Source: an uncultured bacterium
GTDB lineage: Bacteria; Patescibacteriota; Microgenomatia; UBA1400; MFAQ01
Direction of reading: 5' to 3'
Assembly (NCBI GenBank): GCA_963980225.1
Contig: CAXBYW010000001.1
Span: 35,301-99,300 of the forward strand
Length of the DNA: 64,000 bases
Positions 27,901-36,578 of the stretch are shown one piece after another; positions within the stretch are counted from its first letter, which is position 1, and each line of letters starts with the position of its first letter. The notes under the pieces were generated by a model, which made no database searches, was not told where the DNA came from, and saw only the letters and a list, made by a program, of their open reading frames with translations. A program made the position numbers and the translations under genes.

Positions 27901-28003
27901 GGACCTTACTTAAGACAACTAAGCTAACAAAAAAATAACTTAGCGAAACAATAATTTTATCAATAAAGGAAACATGTGTACCTGTCTTTGTTTTAGTATG
28001 CAT
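24929..28003 (-). CDS. Giant polytopic membrane protein (1024 aa), candidate GT-C/YfhO-like glycosyltransferase
   Basis: More than 25 hydrophobic segments and a C-terminal soluble domain of about 250 aa. It sits between a GT2 and a TM-less DPM1-like GT2, with 6-nt and 27-nt intergenic gaps, all on the same strand. Confidence 0.4.
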   Translation of the reverse strand: MHTKTKTGTHVSFIDKIIVSLSYFFVSLVVLSKVLDVNGIILILSSFLIAFTAYTYLGLKLPPKNSGDSKVASGLWIPLSSALFSLLAIQYKFENINYSLKNFTERTIGIAVLEGVDISLRSWSYVSIIALFILIFSFLYYVFFKTDIVLSRYVGPRLLANERRMLFSISLVSIIVFVLHYLNGAMIYVNILHMLLYLFSITYVMLGIKMFYSSNRILSKLLNNYNLIVLSLILPFVPFFTRWLLVKGSFMFTYEYFPLHFIFLVFFWIGCYLLTKGVVLAKRKSTLNSILFASIPLLLIPVSIPISNEIQFSLSGLYNFSARGVSIFTVSTLSFLSLVMFFLGTKRTWKDRPLPIASYVYFPLLIVSVVVFNEYKNFINIPIHLDMFHQGEDLITIQQLFSHGSIPFVNIYPTHGISSLVSQFLYSVVNGYKAFEPWLWEWGIKIFEIVFLYFVTYSLTNSFFATLSLLFLPLLGVFGGTRFIYGHSTSLANTYYLSSFAMALSFIWLVKKPSYRRLVAYWFACVFFTAWRVDFGIACFVSAIFILMVQNLFKLIDKRVSVINFKQVLSSLFLVGIFTASLGAFASYIGNESLSGLIGQAFEFVKFQAQAQGLINIAASYSPVAIFQYFLLPLIGVFYVLFFTVSALKKNLHRFTSIQYLLLFLAIFSLVMSLRSVQRQSLFVLGFNPYLFIFLGMAIPFYVKSFSKEGAMIFFSVALFAYQLFSPSSSALLKDTRLVNLYNWENKESRVRVNDSQYKEIASFLVDNLEGEQTFLDMTSSPMLYVVTDKKFVNYFIPSAYWTSDVIQDFSLDKIKKAYDKNEIPIVVFRQPITHANSIDGVPNEIRSYKIYEFIYDNYTPLGYVDGYLLWKSERFSALNANGLLPQTILSQEFDFKKLPYVWGTFDEKNASENTKILAALIDERTVINASSSARLLVENGLDKTTGNYVHLKLKSDAIGKLEINYCKTPESNILIDLVPSDTATEYLVRISAQYCWMKQEIDEVILSPSSRIEIVEAFIRKGD

Positions 28004-28030
28004 CTATCATCTAGTAGCCCGGGCAATAAG

Positions 28031-28843
28031 TTATGTTCTAAGTATTTTACCCTTTTTGCTTCTAAGAATCATTAAACTTGTGAGGGCTTTGATTACAGTT
28101 TTAGCAGGAAGCGTTACTGGTTCTTCCATTCTGTCTGTCCCCCAAACTATTGGCAATAACTCAAATGAATGTTTTCTCCATATCACCAAGGTTCTCATTT
28201 CGGTTTGATAAAAATGACCAGGCCCTCTTTCAACAGAGATCCAGTTTTCAATCGGATATGTCTTAAACACATCTTTTAGTACAGAGGAATTAAAGGCTTC
28301 ATATCCGCTTGTCATATCATCAACCCATCCCGTTTCAAGACCAAGGGTGATGTTTGCTAAGAATGTTCCCGTTTGACTGATCAACTTCCTTTGAAGAGGG
28401 TACTGATTGATCCCTCCTTTATCAGAAAACCTTGAAGCAAAAACAGCAGAGTCTTCATCTTTACTCATTCTTTCAATAAACTCCGGGATATATCCAGGAT
28501 CATGGGCTCCATTTGCGTCCATCTCAATAACCATATCTGCACCATTAGAAACAGCATGATTAAGACCATGAAGGTAAGCATAGGCTAATCCTCTAGGGTC
28601 AGGAGCCCCTAAGTCTATCAAGTCCACTCGATCATCTTGGGTCGTAACATCGTCTACAAATTCCATGAAATCTGGTGTTGCATTGCTTGCACAAACATAG
28701 ATCTTTGGAACATAACCATCTGGAATCTCCTCAAGTATTCGCTCAAGAAGGCGCCCCTCCCCAAGAGATTTAGTCTCATTTTTTGCGGGCATTACGACAG
28801 CAACTCTTTTTTCCGTTCTCATTCTATGAATAATATCAGGCAA
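28031..28843 (-). CDS. DPM1/GtrB-like polyprenol-phosphate sugar synthase (GT2), no TM segment
   Basis: VAVVMPAKNE…MVIEMDANGAHDPGYIPEFI…VFASRF. Confidence 0.65.
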   Translation of the reverse strand: MPDIIHRMRTEKRVAVVMPAKNETKSLGEGRLLERILEEIPDGYVPKIYVCASNATPDFMEFVDDVTTQDDRVDLIDLGAPDPRGLAYAYLHGLNHAVSNGADMVIEMDANGAHDPGYIPEFIERMSKDEDSAVFASRFSDKGGINQYPLQRKLISQTGTFLANITLGLETGWVDDMTSGYEAFNSSVLKDVFKTYPIENWISVERGPGHFYQTEMRTLVIWRKHSFELLPIVWGTDRMEEPVTLPAKTVIKALTSLMILRSKKGKILRT

Positions 28844-28900
28844 GAGGTATTAAAACAACTCCAGTACAACTCAAGCAAACCTTAGATATAATAGTAAATA

Positions 28901-30394
28901 ATGATTACTCAGCACCTGACCTTCTCAGATTCAGCTAAGTTTGCCCAGTCCGCTACAAGTCTTGTTAAGGGTCAAGGGTTGCAAATTTCCCATTCATTCT
29001 TTAATCCTGAGTTAATCACTTCTTTTTCTTCAGGTACCTGGTTTCCAGCTAACTTTCTTCCACTACCTTCTTGGATCCTGTCTTTTATTTTTAGGTTTTT
29101 TCCAGCAACAGATACAACAATAGCTTTCACTGGACTATTATTTTTCATACTTTCCACACTATTAATCTTCTCTATTGGTAAAAAACTTCATTCAGTTAAA
29201 GCTGGTTTAATTTCTGCTCTTTTGTTTATCTCAAGTATGTTTTTTCAAGAATATGCCCTTAACTTTGCTAGCGAGATAGTCTTTATTCCTCTTATTCTTT
29301 TGTTTATTTACTTGATGCTGTTGCCTAAAAAACTTAAACTGATGTCCCTTATACCTTTGCTGCTTATGTTTATTACTCGACAACAAGCCAGTGTTTTTCT
29401 GGGTAGTTTTCTACTTGCTTTCCTGGCTATTTTTATTACTGGCAAAGCCAACAAAAAAAAGAAAGGTCTGGTCTTGTTAGCACTAGCCCTCTCTGGTCTC
29501 TTATTTGTTATTATCAGCAATTTTACTGCTAACTCCATCTTCTCTCCCGCTAAAGTATCCATTAGTTTCAATATCGCCGCTGGAAGTAATTTTGGTTCAT
29601 ACATTAGAGGAGGGGAGTATCAGGTCTTAAGTCTGCCGGGACTAGCCAGTAAGATTTTCTACAACTTCTACAACTTTGTTAAGGCCCCTGAAAGACTAGC
29701 CTTTCCTCCAATCTTCCTTCTCTTTATATACTCGCTCTTTATTAAGAGTAAGAAAAAAGAACTAAATTACTTTAAGCTCTTTACGGCTGTTTCTTTCTTC
29801 TTCTTTCTCTTGGCTGCTTCTGCCACCCTACCTAATGCCCGTTATGTTCATCCCATCATCCCACTGATAATGATTCTTGCTGGTATCGGCTTAGTTAAGT
29901 TAGCCGAGAGTCTTCCGTCTAAATTACAAAAGCTTGTCTTAGTTGTCATGGTTCTCTTTATTCTTTTTCCCACCTTCAAACATTTCACTTTTGATGCTCG
30001 CTCTCGTACTCAACAGTTCAATGTTGACAAACCTATTGCTGGTAAGAAGATAGCCGGTGTTATGGCAGAAAATATTCCTAAAGGACAGCTGACCATTACC
30101 AATCTAGACGCCTGGGCCGCTTGGTATTACGACCTAACCACCATGTGGTTCCCTGTTGAGGTAGACATGTTAGAAGGATATCAAGATAAAGTGGACTACA
30201 TTGTTATTACCAACTACAAAGAACACGATGGTGATTTTGCTTTAGGAGAATGGGAAGAGGTTGTTTACAAACCAGAAGATATTCAAAATCAATTTTTACG
30301 ACAAAATTACCAGATCTTGAAAAAATTTGAAATTACTCCAGAATCTAATTACGAAAACAAACAGTTTATTGGTACTATTCTAAAAAAGAAATAG
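28901..30394 (+). CDS. Polytopic membrane protein, GT-C-like (degenerate ArnT/PMT motif)
   Basis: 497 aa. FSDSAKFAQSATSLVKGQGL (D-S-x2-F-x3-A-x2-L-x2-G instead of DE…), followed by multiple TM helices and a C-terminal soluble domain. TATAAT at 28887-28892, 8 nt upstream of the ATG. Confidence 0.4.
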   Translation: MITQHLTFSDSAKFAQSATSLVKGQGLQISHSFFNPELITSFSSGTWFPANFLPLPSWILSFIFRFFPATDTTIAFTGLLFFILSTLLIFSIGKKLHSVKAGLISALLFISSMFFQEYALNFASEIVFIPLILLFIYLMLLPKKLKLMSLIPLLLMFITRQQASVFLGSFLLAFLAIFITGKANKKKKGLVLLALALSGLLFVIISNFTANSIFSPAKVSISFNIAAGSNFGSYIRGGEYQVLSLPGLASKIFYNFYNFVKAPERLAFPPIFLLFIYSLFIKSKKKELNYFKLFTAVSFFFFLLAASATLPNARYVHPIIPLIMILAGIGLVKLAESLPSKLQKLVLVVMVLFILFPTFKHFTFDARSRTQQFNVDKPIAGKKIAGVMAENIPKGQLTITNLDAWAAWYYDLTTMWFPVEVDMLEGYQDKVDYIVITNYKEHDGDFALGEWEEVVYKPEDIQNQFLRQNYQILKKFEITPESNYENKQFIGTILKKK

Positions 30395-30410
30395 TCTTTA
30401 AGATTAGGAC

Positions 30411-31667
30411 TTGATATACAATAGGATCGTGGACAAAATAAAATCACTTCTTTCTTCTCAAACATCCAAAGATACTTTCATTAGCCTAGCTGGTAGTGGT
30501 GTGGTTGCCGTTGCTGGAGTCATCTTTACTATTCTTTTAGCTAGGGCTTTAGAACCAGAAAATTTTGGTGTCTATTCCTCACTAGCGGCCATAGTAGGCA
30601 TCGTCTCTGTCTTAGGAGACTTAGGAATTGGAGCAGCCTTGGTTAACTTCTTACCTAAGATGCCCAACAAGCGTCAGGTATTAGTGGCTACTAGTTTCTG
30701 GTTCCAGTCAATTATTGCCCTGGTCTTTGCCTTACTAGTCTCTTTATCAAGTTTTGCTAGTGATCTATTTGTGCCCGGATCAATTCCGGCTCATTTAGTC
30801 TTTGCTGGTTTGCTTACTGGGGTATATATCCTTAATCAATACGCCGTTGGTCTTTTGAAAGCAGAAAAAAAGTTTCTAGCTGCCTCTATAGTCCAGTCAG
30901 TCGATTCCATAGGTAAGCTTGCTCTTACCTCTCTTCTTTTTTACAACAGCCAGTTAACTATTGGCTTAGCTCTTCTAGCCAACGTCATCTCAGTCATTAT
31001 CTCTACCACCTATGCCATGCGTCAAGAGTTTAGGAAACTACCCTTAATTCTTCCCAAGCTGTATTTAAAAAAGATTTTTTCCTTTGCTAAGTGGATCGGC
31101 ATATCCAGGATCTTTGGTGTTGCCATTTCCAGAATAGACATAGTCTTGCTAAACATCATGCATTCTAGTTTTTCTGCCGGTATATTTGCCGCCGCCAGTC
31201 GTATTATCTTTGTCTTTGCTTTGGTCGTTTCCAGTCTCGGTTCCGTGGTGGCTCCACGTTTCTCGGGCTTTACCAAAAGAGCACAAACAATTGCTTATCT
31301 TAAAAAACTGTTTACCTTAGTGAGTTTAGTTTCGGTTGTTATGTTGCTGGTAGTTCTTTTGGCCAAGCCAATCATTCTGTTGGTGTTTGGTGCCAAGTAC
31401 TTAACTGCAATCCCGGTTTTCAAGGCACTTACCATCGCTCTTATACCTTTCTTGTTCTCGCTCGTAACCTCCAATCCTATTATCTACACTTACGGTCAAC
31501 CAGATTACTTTGCAAAAGTAACAATGGTGCAGGTAGTAATCCTGGTGGCCTTAGATATCCTCCTTATTCCTAAGTTGGGCGCAATGGCCCCTGCTGTCTC
31601 TATTGGTGTTTCAAACATGGTAATGCTTGTTCTTGGTGGAATGAAATTAAAGAAGCTATTAGCTTAA
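30411..31667 (+). CDS. MOP-superfamily oligosaccharide flippase (Wzx/Polysacc_synt-like)
   Basis: 418 aa with 12-14 TM helices. The N-terminus …ISLAGSGVVAVAGVIFTILLARAL… is typical of PF01943 proteins. The start codon appears to be TTG at 30411. Confidence 0.6.
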   Translation: MIYNRIVDKIKSLLSSQTSKDTFISLAGSGVVAVAGVIFTILLARALEPENFGVYSSLAAIVGIVSVLGDLGIGAALVNFLPKMPNKRQVLVATSFWFQSIIALVFALLVSLSSFASDLFVPGSIPAHLVFAGLLTGVYILNQYAVGLLKAEKKFLAASIVQSVDSIGKLALTSLLFYNSQLTIGLALLANVISVIISTTYAMRQEFRKLPLILPKLYLKKIFSFAKWIGISRIFGVAISRIDIVLLNIMHSSFSAGIFAAASRIIFVFALVVSSLGSVVAPRFSGFTKRAQTIAYLKKLFTLVSLVSVVMLLVVLLAKPIILLVFGAKYLTAIPVFKALTIALIPFLFSLVTSNPIIYTYGQPDYFAKVTMVQVVILVALDILLIPKLGAMAPAVSIGVSNMVMLVLGGMKLKKLLA

Positions 31668-31668
31668 A

Positions 31669-32493
31669 ATGCCAAAACCTAAAATAGTCGTTCACTGTCT
31701 AGTAAAAAACGAAGAACGTTTTGTCTGGTACGCTCTAAAATCGGTCTTACCTTTTGTAGATAAAGTAATGGTCTGGGACACCGGTTCTACAGACAACACA
31801 GTTAGGCTAATAAAATCAATCAACTCAAAAAAAATTAAACTTAAGATACTCAAATCTGTCGACGCCGTCCAGCACACTAATCTTCGTCAACAAATGCTTA
31901 ATCAAACTAACAAAGAATTTTCTTGGTTAATGATCCTAGATGGAGATGAGATCTGGCCAAAGTCCCAGATCAAAAAAATGGCTGATTACCTAAAACACAC
32001 CAAAGACAAGGCTATCGTGGTTAAAACTAGAAATCTTGTCGGAGACATATATCACCAATTACCAGAATCAGCCGGTAAGTACGAGATAGCCGGCTTTAAA
32101 GGCCATCTGGGGTTAAGGTTCATAAGTTTAGATCTTCCCAGTCTTAAGATCAAAAATCCTCATGGGGGTCAAACATATACGACAAAAAACACTCCTCTTC
32201 AGAAACTAGAAAAAGGTCTCAGGGTTTTACCTAATATCTATTACTTTCATGTTACACATCTTGAAAGATCCACCAAAGACAAAGACACCTTAAAAAGATC
32301 ATTTAAAAGAAAATTTGAAATAGGGGAGAAGGTCAATAAAAAAGACCTCCCAAAACTCTTTTTTGATAAAAGACCCACCTTTGTCCCAGATGTAACCCAG
32401 TCTATGAGTAAGTCTTTTTTCCTTACCTCTCTCATTCAGACTCCTTTAAGAAAAGTTAAGAGGACTATCTTCCCATCCAAATCAGGCTACTAG
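31669..32493 (+). CDS. GT2-like glycosyltransferase (Glyco_tranf_2_4/GT92-like)
   Basis: IVVHCLVKNEERFVWYALKSVLPFVDKVMVWDTGSTDNT. Confidence 0.55.
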   Translation: MPKPKIVVHCLVKNEERFVWYALKSVLPFVDKVMVWDTGSTDNTVRLIKSINSKKIKLKILKSVDAVQHTNLRQQMLNQTNKEFSWLMILDGDEIWPKSQIKKMADYLKHTKDKAIVVKTRNLVGDIYHQLPESAGKYEIAGFKGHLGLRFISLDLPSLKIKNPHGGQTYTTKNTPLQKLEKGLRVLPNIYYFHVTHLERSTKDKDTLKRSFKRKFEIGEKVNKKDLPKLFFDKRPTFVPDVTQSMSKSFFLTSLIQTPLRKVKRTIFPSKSGY

Positions 32494-32495
32494 CT

Positions 32496-33245
32496 ATGTC
32501 AGACCTAGACTACTACCAAATTGCCGCTGAAGCCAGTGGAAAGATAAATGGCCACCAAGCTCTTTTGTATATTCAAGAAAAAGCCAAGTACTCAAAAAAA
32601 ATCTTAGATGTGGGTTGTGGGGAAGGTACCCGCCTAAACACTCTTTTGCCTAAAAACAAAAAAGCTACTGGTGTCGACATCTCAAAACAGGCCATAAAGA
32701 AAGCCAAGGGACAATATCCAAACCACAAGTTCATCTCTCTTAATAATGAAACTCTTCCTTTTAAGGACAGTTCCTTTGATCTCGTATATACCGCTTTTGT
32801 CTTGGAGCACACAAAAAATCAAACAAAGTTTTTAAACGAGATGTTAAGAGTGCTGGATAATCATGGAGAATTAGTTATCATCTGCCCAAACTATGGCGCT
32901 CCCAACAGAAGATCTCCAAACTCAACTGAAAGTCCACTCCAAAAACTCCTTAAGGGTTTTCTAAATGATTTTTCTCTTGACGGTAGCTTGAACTGGACAA
33001 AAGTTAAACCAAAGAAAAAATATATCAACATAGATGACGACACTACCGTCGAGCCATATCTTAAAACGTTAGAAAACTTTTTTTTAAAAAATAATCTCAG
33101 GGTGATCAGATCAAGTTCGCTTTGGGGGCTAGAACCTTTCAGTTTAAATCCTCGAAAGCTTCTGTTCTCTTTTTTGGGTAAACTTAACGTCTCTCCATTT
33201 AAGTACTGGGGACCTCAATTATTCATTGTTGTCAATAAAAAATGA
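32496..33245 (+). CDS. Class I SAM-dependent methyltransferase
   Basis: ILDVGCGEGTRLNTLLP…GVDIS…FDLVYTAFVLEH. Confidence 0.7.
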   Translation: MSDLDYYQIAAEASGKINGHQALLYIQEKAKYSKKILDVGCGEGTRLNTLLPKNKKATGVDISKQAIKKAKGQYPNHKFISLNNETLPFKDSSFDLVYTAFVLEHTKNQTKFLNEMLRVLDNHGELVIICPNYGAPNRRSPNSTESPLQKLLKGFLNDFSLDGSLNWTKVKPKKKYINIDDDTTVEPYLKTLENFFLKNNLRVIRSSSLWGLEPFSLNPRKLLFSFLGKLNVSPFKYWGPQLFIVVNKK

Positions 33246-34267
33246 AAATAGCTTTCTTAAACTTCTATCAAGCCAATCGGGGTTTAGAAACGTTCGTCAA
33301 CGAACTTTCTACCCATCTTTCAAAGGACAACGAAGTTCTTCTTCTCGATGGTCAACAAAAGGAGGCTTCAACCAGAGATCCCATCACTCTACTCCAACGT
33401 CTTTTTTTGGACAGGGACAGTCTCAAGGTCTGCACCTGGACCTTCAAGCAACTTAAGTCATTAAAAAACTTCAAGCCAGATCTGGTCATCCCCACTAATG
33501 GTGGTTGGCAAGCTTTAATAATATCCATCTTTGGAAGACTCATCGGCTCAAAAATAGTTATCGCTGGTCAGTCCGGTCCTGGCTGGGACGATCGTTGGAA
33601 CCTACTTTGTAAACCCCACTCTTTTGTGGCCTTAACCCAAAGGCAGGCAAAGTGGGCTAAAAAAGCCACTCCTTGGCCCAGGCAGAACATAGCCAAGATC
33701 CCTAATGGGGTAGACATGACTAAGTTTAAGTCTGCGGGAAAAAAGGTAGAACTGCAACTAGAGAAGCCCATAACCCTTGTTGTGGCCGCTACCGTTCCAT
33801 ATAAGAGGGTAGAGCAGGGGATAGCCGCAGTCTCAAGGCTAAAACAAGGCTCTTTTTTACTACTGGGTAAGGGTCCTCAAGATAAAAGGACCGATAACTT
33901 AGGGTATAAGCTACTGGGTAAGGGTAGATACCAAAGGCTCACAGTTCCTTTTACTCAGATGCCAGACTACTACCGTTCAGTAGACCTTTTTAGCCTCTGT
34001 TCGGCATCTACAGAGGCCTTTGGCATCGTCTACCTAGAAGCAATGGCTTCTGGTCTAGCTTGTGTGGCTACAGACGATGAATCAAGAAGAGAAATAGTAG
34101 GTGATGCTGGAATCTATGTAAAAAATCCAGATGACGTGGTCGAGTACTCTAAAGCACTTGAAAAAGCTTTAAATAAAAACTGGGGGAGCATTCCACTGAA
34201 CCAAGCCAAAAAGTTTTCTTGGAAAAAATCCGCCGAAAGCTACCACAAACTCTTTAAATCTCTCTAG
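33242..34267 (+). CDS. GT4 glycosyltransferase
   Basis: EAFGIVYLEAMASGLACVATDDESRREIVGDAGIYV. Confidence 0.7.
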   Translation: MKIAFLNFYQANRGLETFVNELSTHLSKDNEVLLLDGQQKEASTRDPITLLQRLFLDRDSLKVCTWTFKQLKSLKNFKPDLVIPTNGGWQALIISIFGRLIGSKIVIAGQSGPGWDDRWNLLCKPHSFVALTQRQAKWAKKATPWPRQNIAKIPNGVDMTKFKSAGKKVELQLEKPITLVVAATVPYKRVEQGIAAVSRLKQGSFLLLGKGPQDKRTDNLGYKLLGKGRYQRLTVPFTQMPDYYRSVDLFSLCSASTEAFGIVYLEAMASGLACVATDDESRREIVGDAGIYVKNPDDVVEYSKALEKALNKNWGSIPLNQAKKFSWKKSAESYHKLFKSL

Positions 34268-35223
34268 CTGATTGCCTCCCAAGCAGACTTAATAATCTCT
34301 TCTAATTCAGTGCTTTCTAGTTTCCACCCTAGTATTTGTTTGGCTTTTTTAGAACTTGCCACTAATCTAGCAGGATCCCCTTCACGTCTTTCTGACTCGG
34401 TTACTTTAAAGTTCTTGCCGGATATTTTTTTAACAGCATCAATCACCTCTTTTACAGAGTAACCATTGCCACTACCTAAATTAAAAGCCTCATTAGGATA
34501 TTTATCTAAATGTTTAAGTGATAGTAGATGAGCTCCAACAATATCAGACACATGAACATAATCTCTAATACACGTTCCATCAGGAGTGTCGTAATCAGTT
34601 CCAAAGATATATATAGCGTCCCTTTTGCCTTGTGCTGCCTGCATGATTAGGGGAATAAGATGAGTTTCAGGTTCATGGAGCTCGTGTGACTTGGTCGTTG
34701 CTCCAGCAGCATTAAAGTACCTAAACGCATGGTACTTCAAACCATAAGCTAGGTGATACCTATTAAGCGCTTGTTCAAACATCCACTTAGCTTCACCATA
34801 TGGATTGATAGGAGCTTTAAGATCTGTTTCCTCTATTGGTACTCGCTTGGGTGTTCCATAAACAGCTGCCGTAGAAGAAAACACGATTTTTAACACATTA
34901 TGTTTCCTCATGCTGTTAAGCAAGGAAACTCCTTGCACAAAATTAGTATCAAAATATTTATCAGGTGTCTTTACAGACTCACCTACCTGGATTAGTCCAG
35001 CAAAATGAAACACAGCTTCGATATCATTTTCCTCAAATACCTTGTCCATCAACTTACTATCTCCGACCTTACCGTGATAGAAAGAAGCTTCTTTGTTTAC
35101 ATTCTCTTTGTGTCCGGTCTCTAAGCTATCAACAATTACCACCTTATGCCCGTCAGCAACAAGCTTCTCAACGCAAACACCTCCAATGTAACCCGCACCA
35201 CCTGTTACTAGTATGCTTCCCAT
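34264..35223 (-). CDS. galE: UDP-glucose 4-epimerase
   Basis: MGSILVTGGAGYIGG…; the YxxxK-containing short-chain dehydrogenase/epimerase fold; …RYFNAAGA…; length 319 aa. Its stop codon overlaps the convergent GT4 stop within the tetramer CTAG. Confidence 0.85.
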   Translation of the reverse strand: MGSILVTGGAGYIGGVCVEKLVADGHKVVIVDSLETGHKENVNKEASFYHGKVGDSKLMDKVFEENDIEAVFHFAGLIQVGESVKTPDKYFDTNFVQGVSLLNSMRKHNVLKIVFSSTAAVYGTPKRVPIEETDLKAPINPYGEAKWMFEQALNRYHLAYGLKYHAFRYFNAAGATTKSHELHEPETHLIPLIMQAAQGKRDAIYIFGTDYDTPDGTCIRDYVHVSDIVGAHLLSLKHLDKYPNEAFNLGSGNGYSVKEVIDAVKKISGKNFKVTESERREGDPARLVASSKKAKQILGWKLESTELEEIIKSAWEAIS

Positions 35224-35276
35224 TCTAAAAATTATACACAGTATATCAAGCAGTGTTTAATTAAACCTCTTTAATT

Positions 35277-35285
35277 TGCTATAAT
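35277..35285 (+). promoter_or_regulatory. Extended -10 promoter element (TGcTATAAT)
   Basis: TG at 35277-35278 and TATAAT at 35280-35285. It lies 78 nt upstream of the GTG start of the paralog-pair operon, which has an AGGAG Shine-Dalgarno site. Confidence 0.5.
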
Positions 35286-35363
35286 GCCATCACGTCTTAA
35301 CTATCCCGTAATATAGTAGTTCTTTTAAAATTAAACCAGTAAATAAAAAAAGGAGAAAAGCTC

Positions 35364-35921
35364 GTGAAGAAAACACTAACATTTATCGTTTTATTCTCAG
35401 TTTTGGTGGGTATGATCTTGTGGCTTCCATGGTACGTATTTGAAGACCAAGAATTAGTTCAGATTACCCATGAACTTGAGTATTTACCTACCAATGACGT
35501 CCAGATCGTGCTTCAAGCAGACGATATCTCATCTTTTGAGTTGTCTCTTGATGAGTTTAAAAACAGACAGTTTAAAGGTATCAGCAGCCTTGAGGTAAAG
35601 AGATCAAACAAGACAGGTCAAACCTCTACGGCAGAGGTCACCATGTACGCAAGTGAGTCGGGTACAACCTTTCATGTCCAACTAGAAAACATAGAAATGT
35701 CCAGGTGGTCGCTCTGGGGAGTCAACATGGGAAGCTACTTCATTGTTGATCAGACACTGGACGATGGTGTACTCACCTTGAGTCTCGAGCGCGATATGGG
35801 GCTCTTACTTCTCTTTATGATCGGGGGACTAGGCCTTGGGCTAATTCTTATCAGTACCCTTATAAATAGGATCTGGCCAGACGAGAAGAATGATCTGTCG
35901 CGCCCAACTCAACTATTTTAA
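35364..35921 (+). CDS. Hypothetical protein with N- and C-terminal TM anchors, paralog A
   Basis: 185 aa, GTG start. AGGAG Shine-Dalgarno at 35351-35355. TM at both ends with a central domain of about 120 aa. Shares HELEYLPTNDV, SFEL…DEFK, FHVQLENIE and DGVLTLSL blocks with the downstream gene. Confidence 0.55.
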   Translation: MKKTLTFIVLFSVLVGMILWLPWYVFEDQELVQITHELEYLPTNDVQIVLQADDISSFELSLDEFKNRQFKGISSLEVKRSNKTGQTSTAEVTMYASESGTTFHVQLENIEMSRWSLWGVNMGSYFIVDQTLDDGVLTLSLERDMGLLLLFMIGGLGLGLILISTLINRIWPDEKNDLSRPTQLF

Positions 35922-35945
35922 AATCTCAATTAAGAGGAGTTATTC

Positions 35946-36494
35946 ATGAAGAAAAAAATCATAGCATATGTCTTTGCCTACATACTTGTAATGTCTGTCA
36001 TAACTTACTTTGAATACAGTAGATACAACACACTTGGACCAATTGAGGTTTCACACCAATTGGAATATCTACCTACTGACGATGTGTCGCTAACAAGTAA
36101 GGTGGGTGGTGCAGAGTCTTTTGAACTACCCTTTGATCAGTTTAAAAAACTATCTTTTGAGGGGGCAACATACATTGTTTTTTCTCAAAATCTAGACACG
36201 GTCAAAGTCAACGCCACGGCCTTAAGCTCTGGTGTCATCTTCCATACAGTGATTGACGAGATAGAAATACCAACAGTTGTAATGGGGAAAATATTCCTTA
36301 CAAGATATGAAATCGTTGATAAAAAAATCACTGATGGTACCATCATCTTAAGCCTGACCCCGGACGATAGTGAGTTTTTAATGTTAAACATTGTGGTCTG
36401 GGTTGTTACAGGCCTATCCGCATGCTTGTTTGGCATGATATACACAGTACGACATATGATCAAACGAGGCACTCTCACTTGGGAAGAGACTTAA
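35946..36494 (+). CDS. Hypothetical protein with N- and C-terminal TM anchors, paralog B
   Basis: 182 aa. GAGGAG Shine-Dalgarno at 35934-35939. HQLEYLPTDDV, SFELPFDQFK, FHTVIDEIE, DGTIILSL. Confidence 0.55.
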   Translation: MKKKIIAYVFAYILVMSVITYFEYSRYNTLGPIEVSHQLEYLPTDDVSLTSKVGGAESFELPFDQFKKLSFEGATYIVFSQNLDTVKVNATALSSGVIFHTVIDEIEIPTVVMGKIFLTRYEIVDKKITDGTIILSLTPDDSEFLMLNIVVWVVTGLSACLFGMIYTVRHMIKRGTLTWEET

Positions 36495-36517
36495 AAGAAG
36501 CTTAACAAAAAACAAAT

Positions 36518-36550
36518 CCCTATCGGAATTAACCGGTAGGGTTTTTTTTA
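36518..36550 (+). terminator. Rho-independent terminator
   Basis: Stem CCCTATCGG / CCGGTAGGG (9 bp with one G·U pair), loop AATTAA, then TTTTTTTT. Confidence 0.65.
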
Positions 36551-36578
36551 TTTCCACCCTTGGTGGTATCATTATCTT

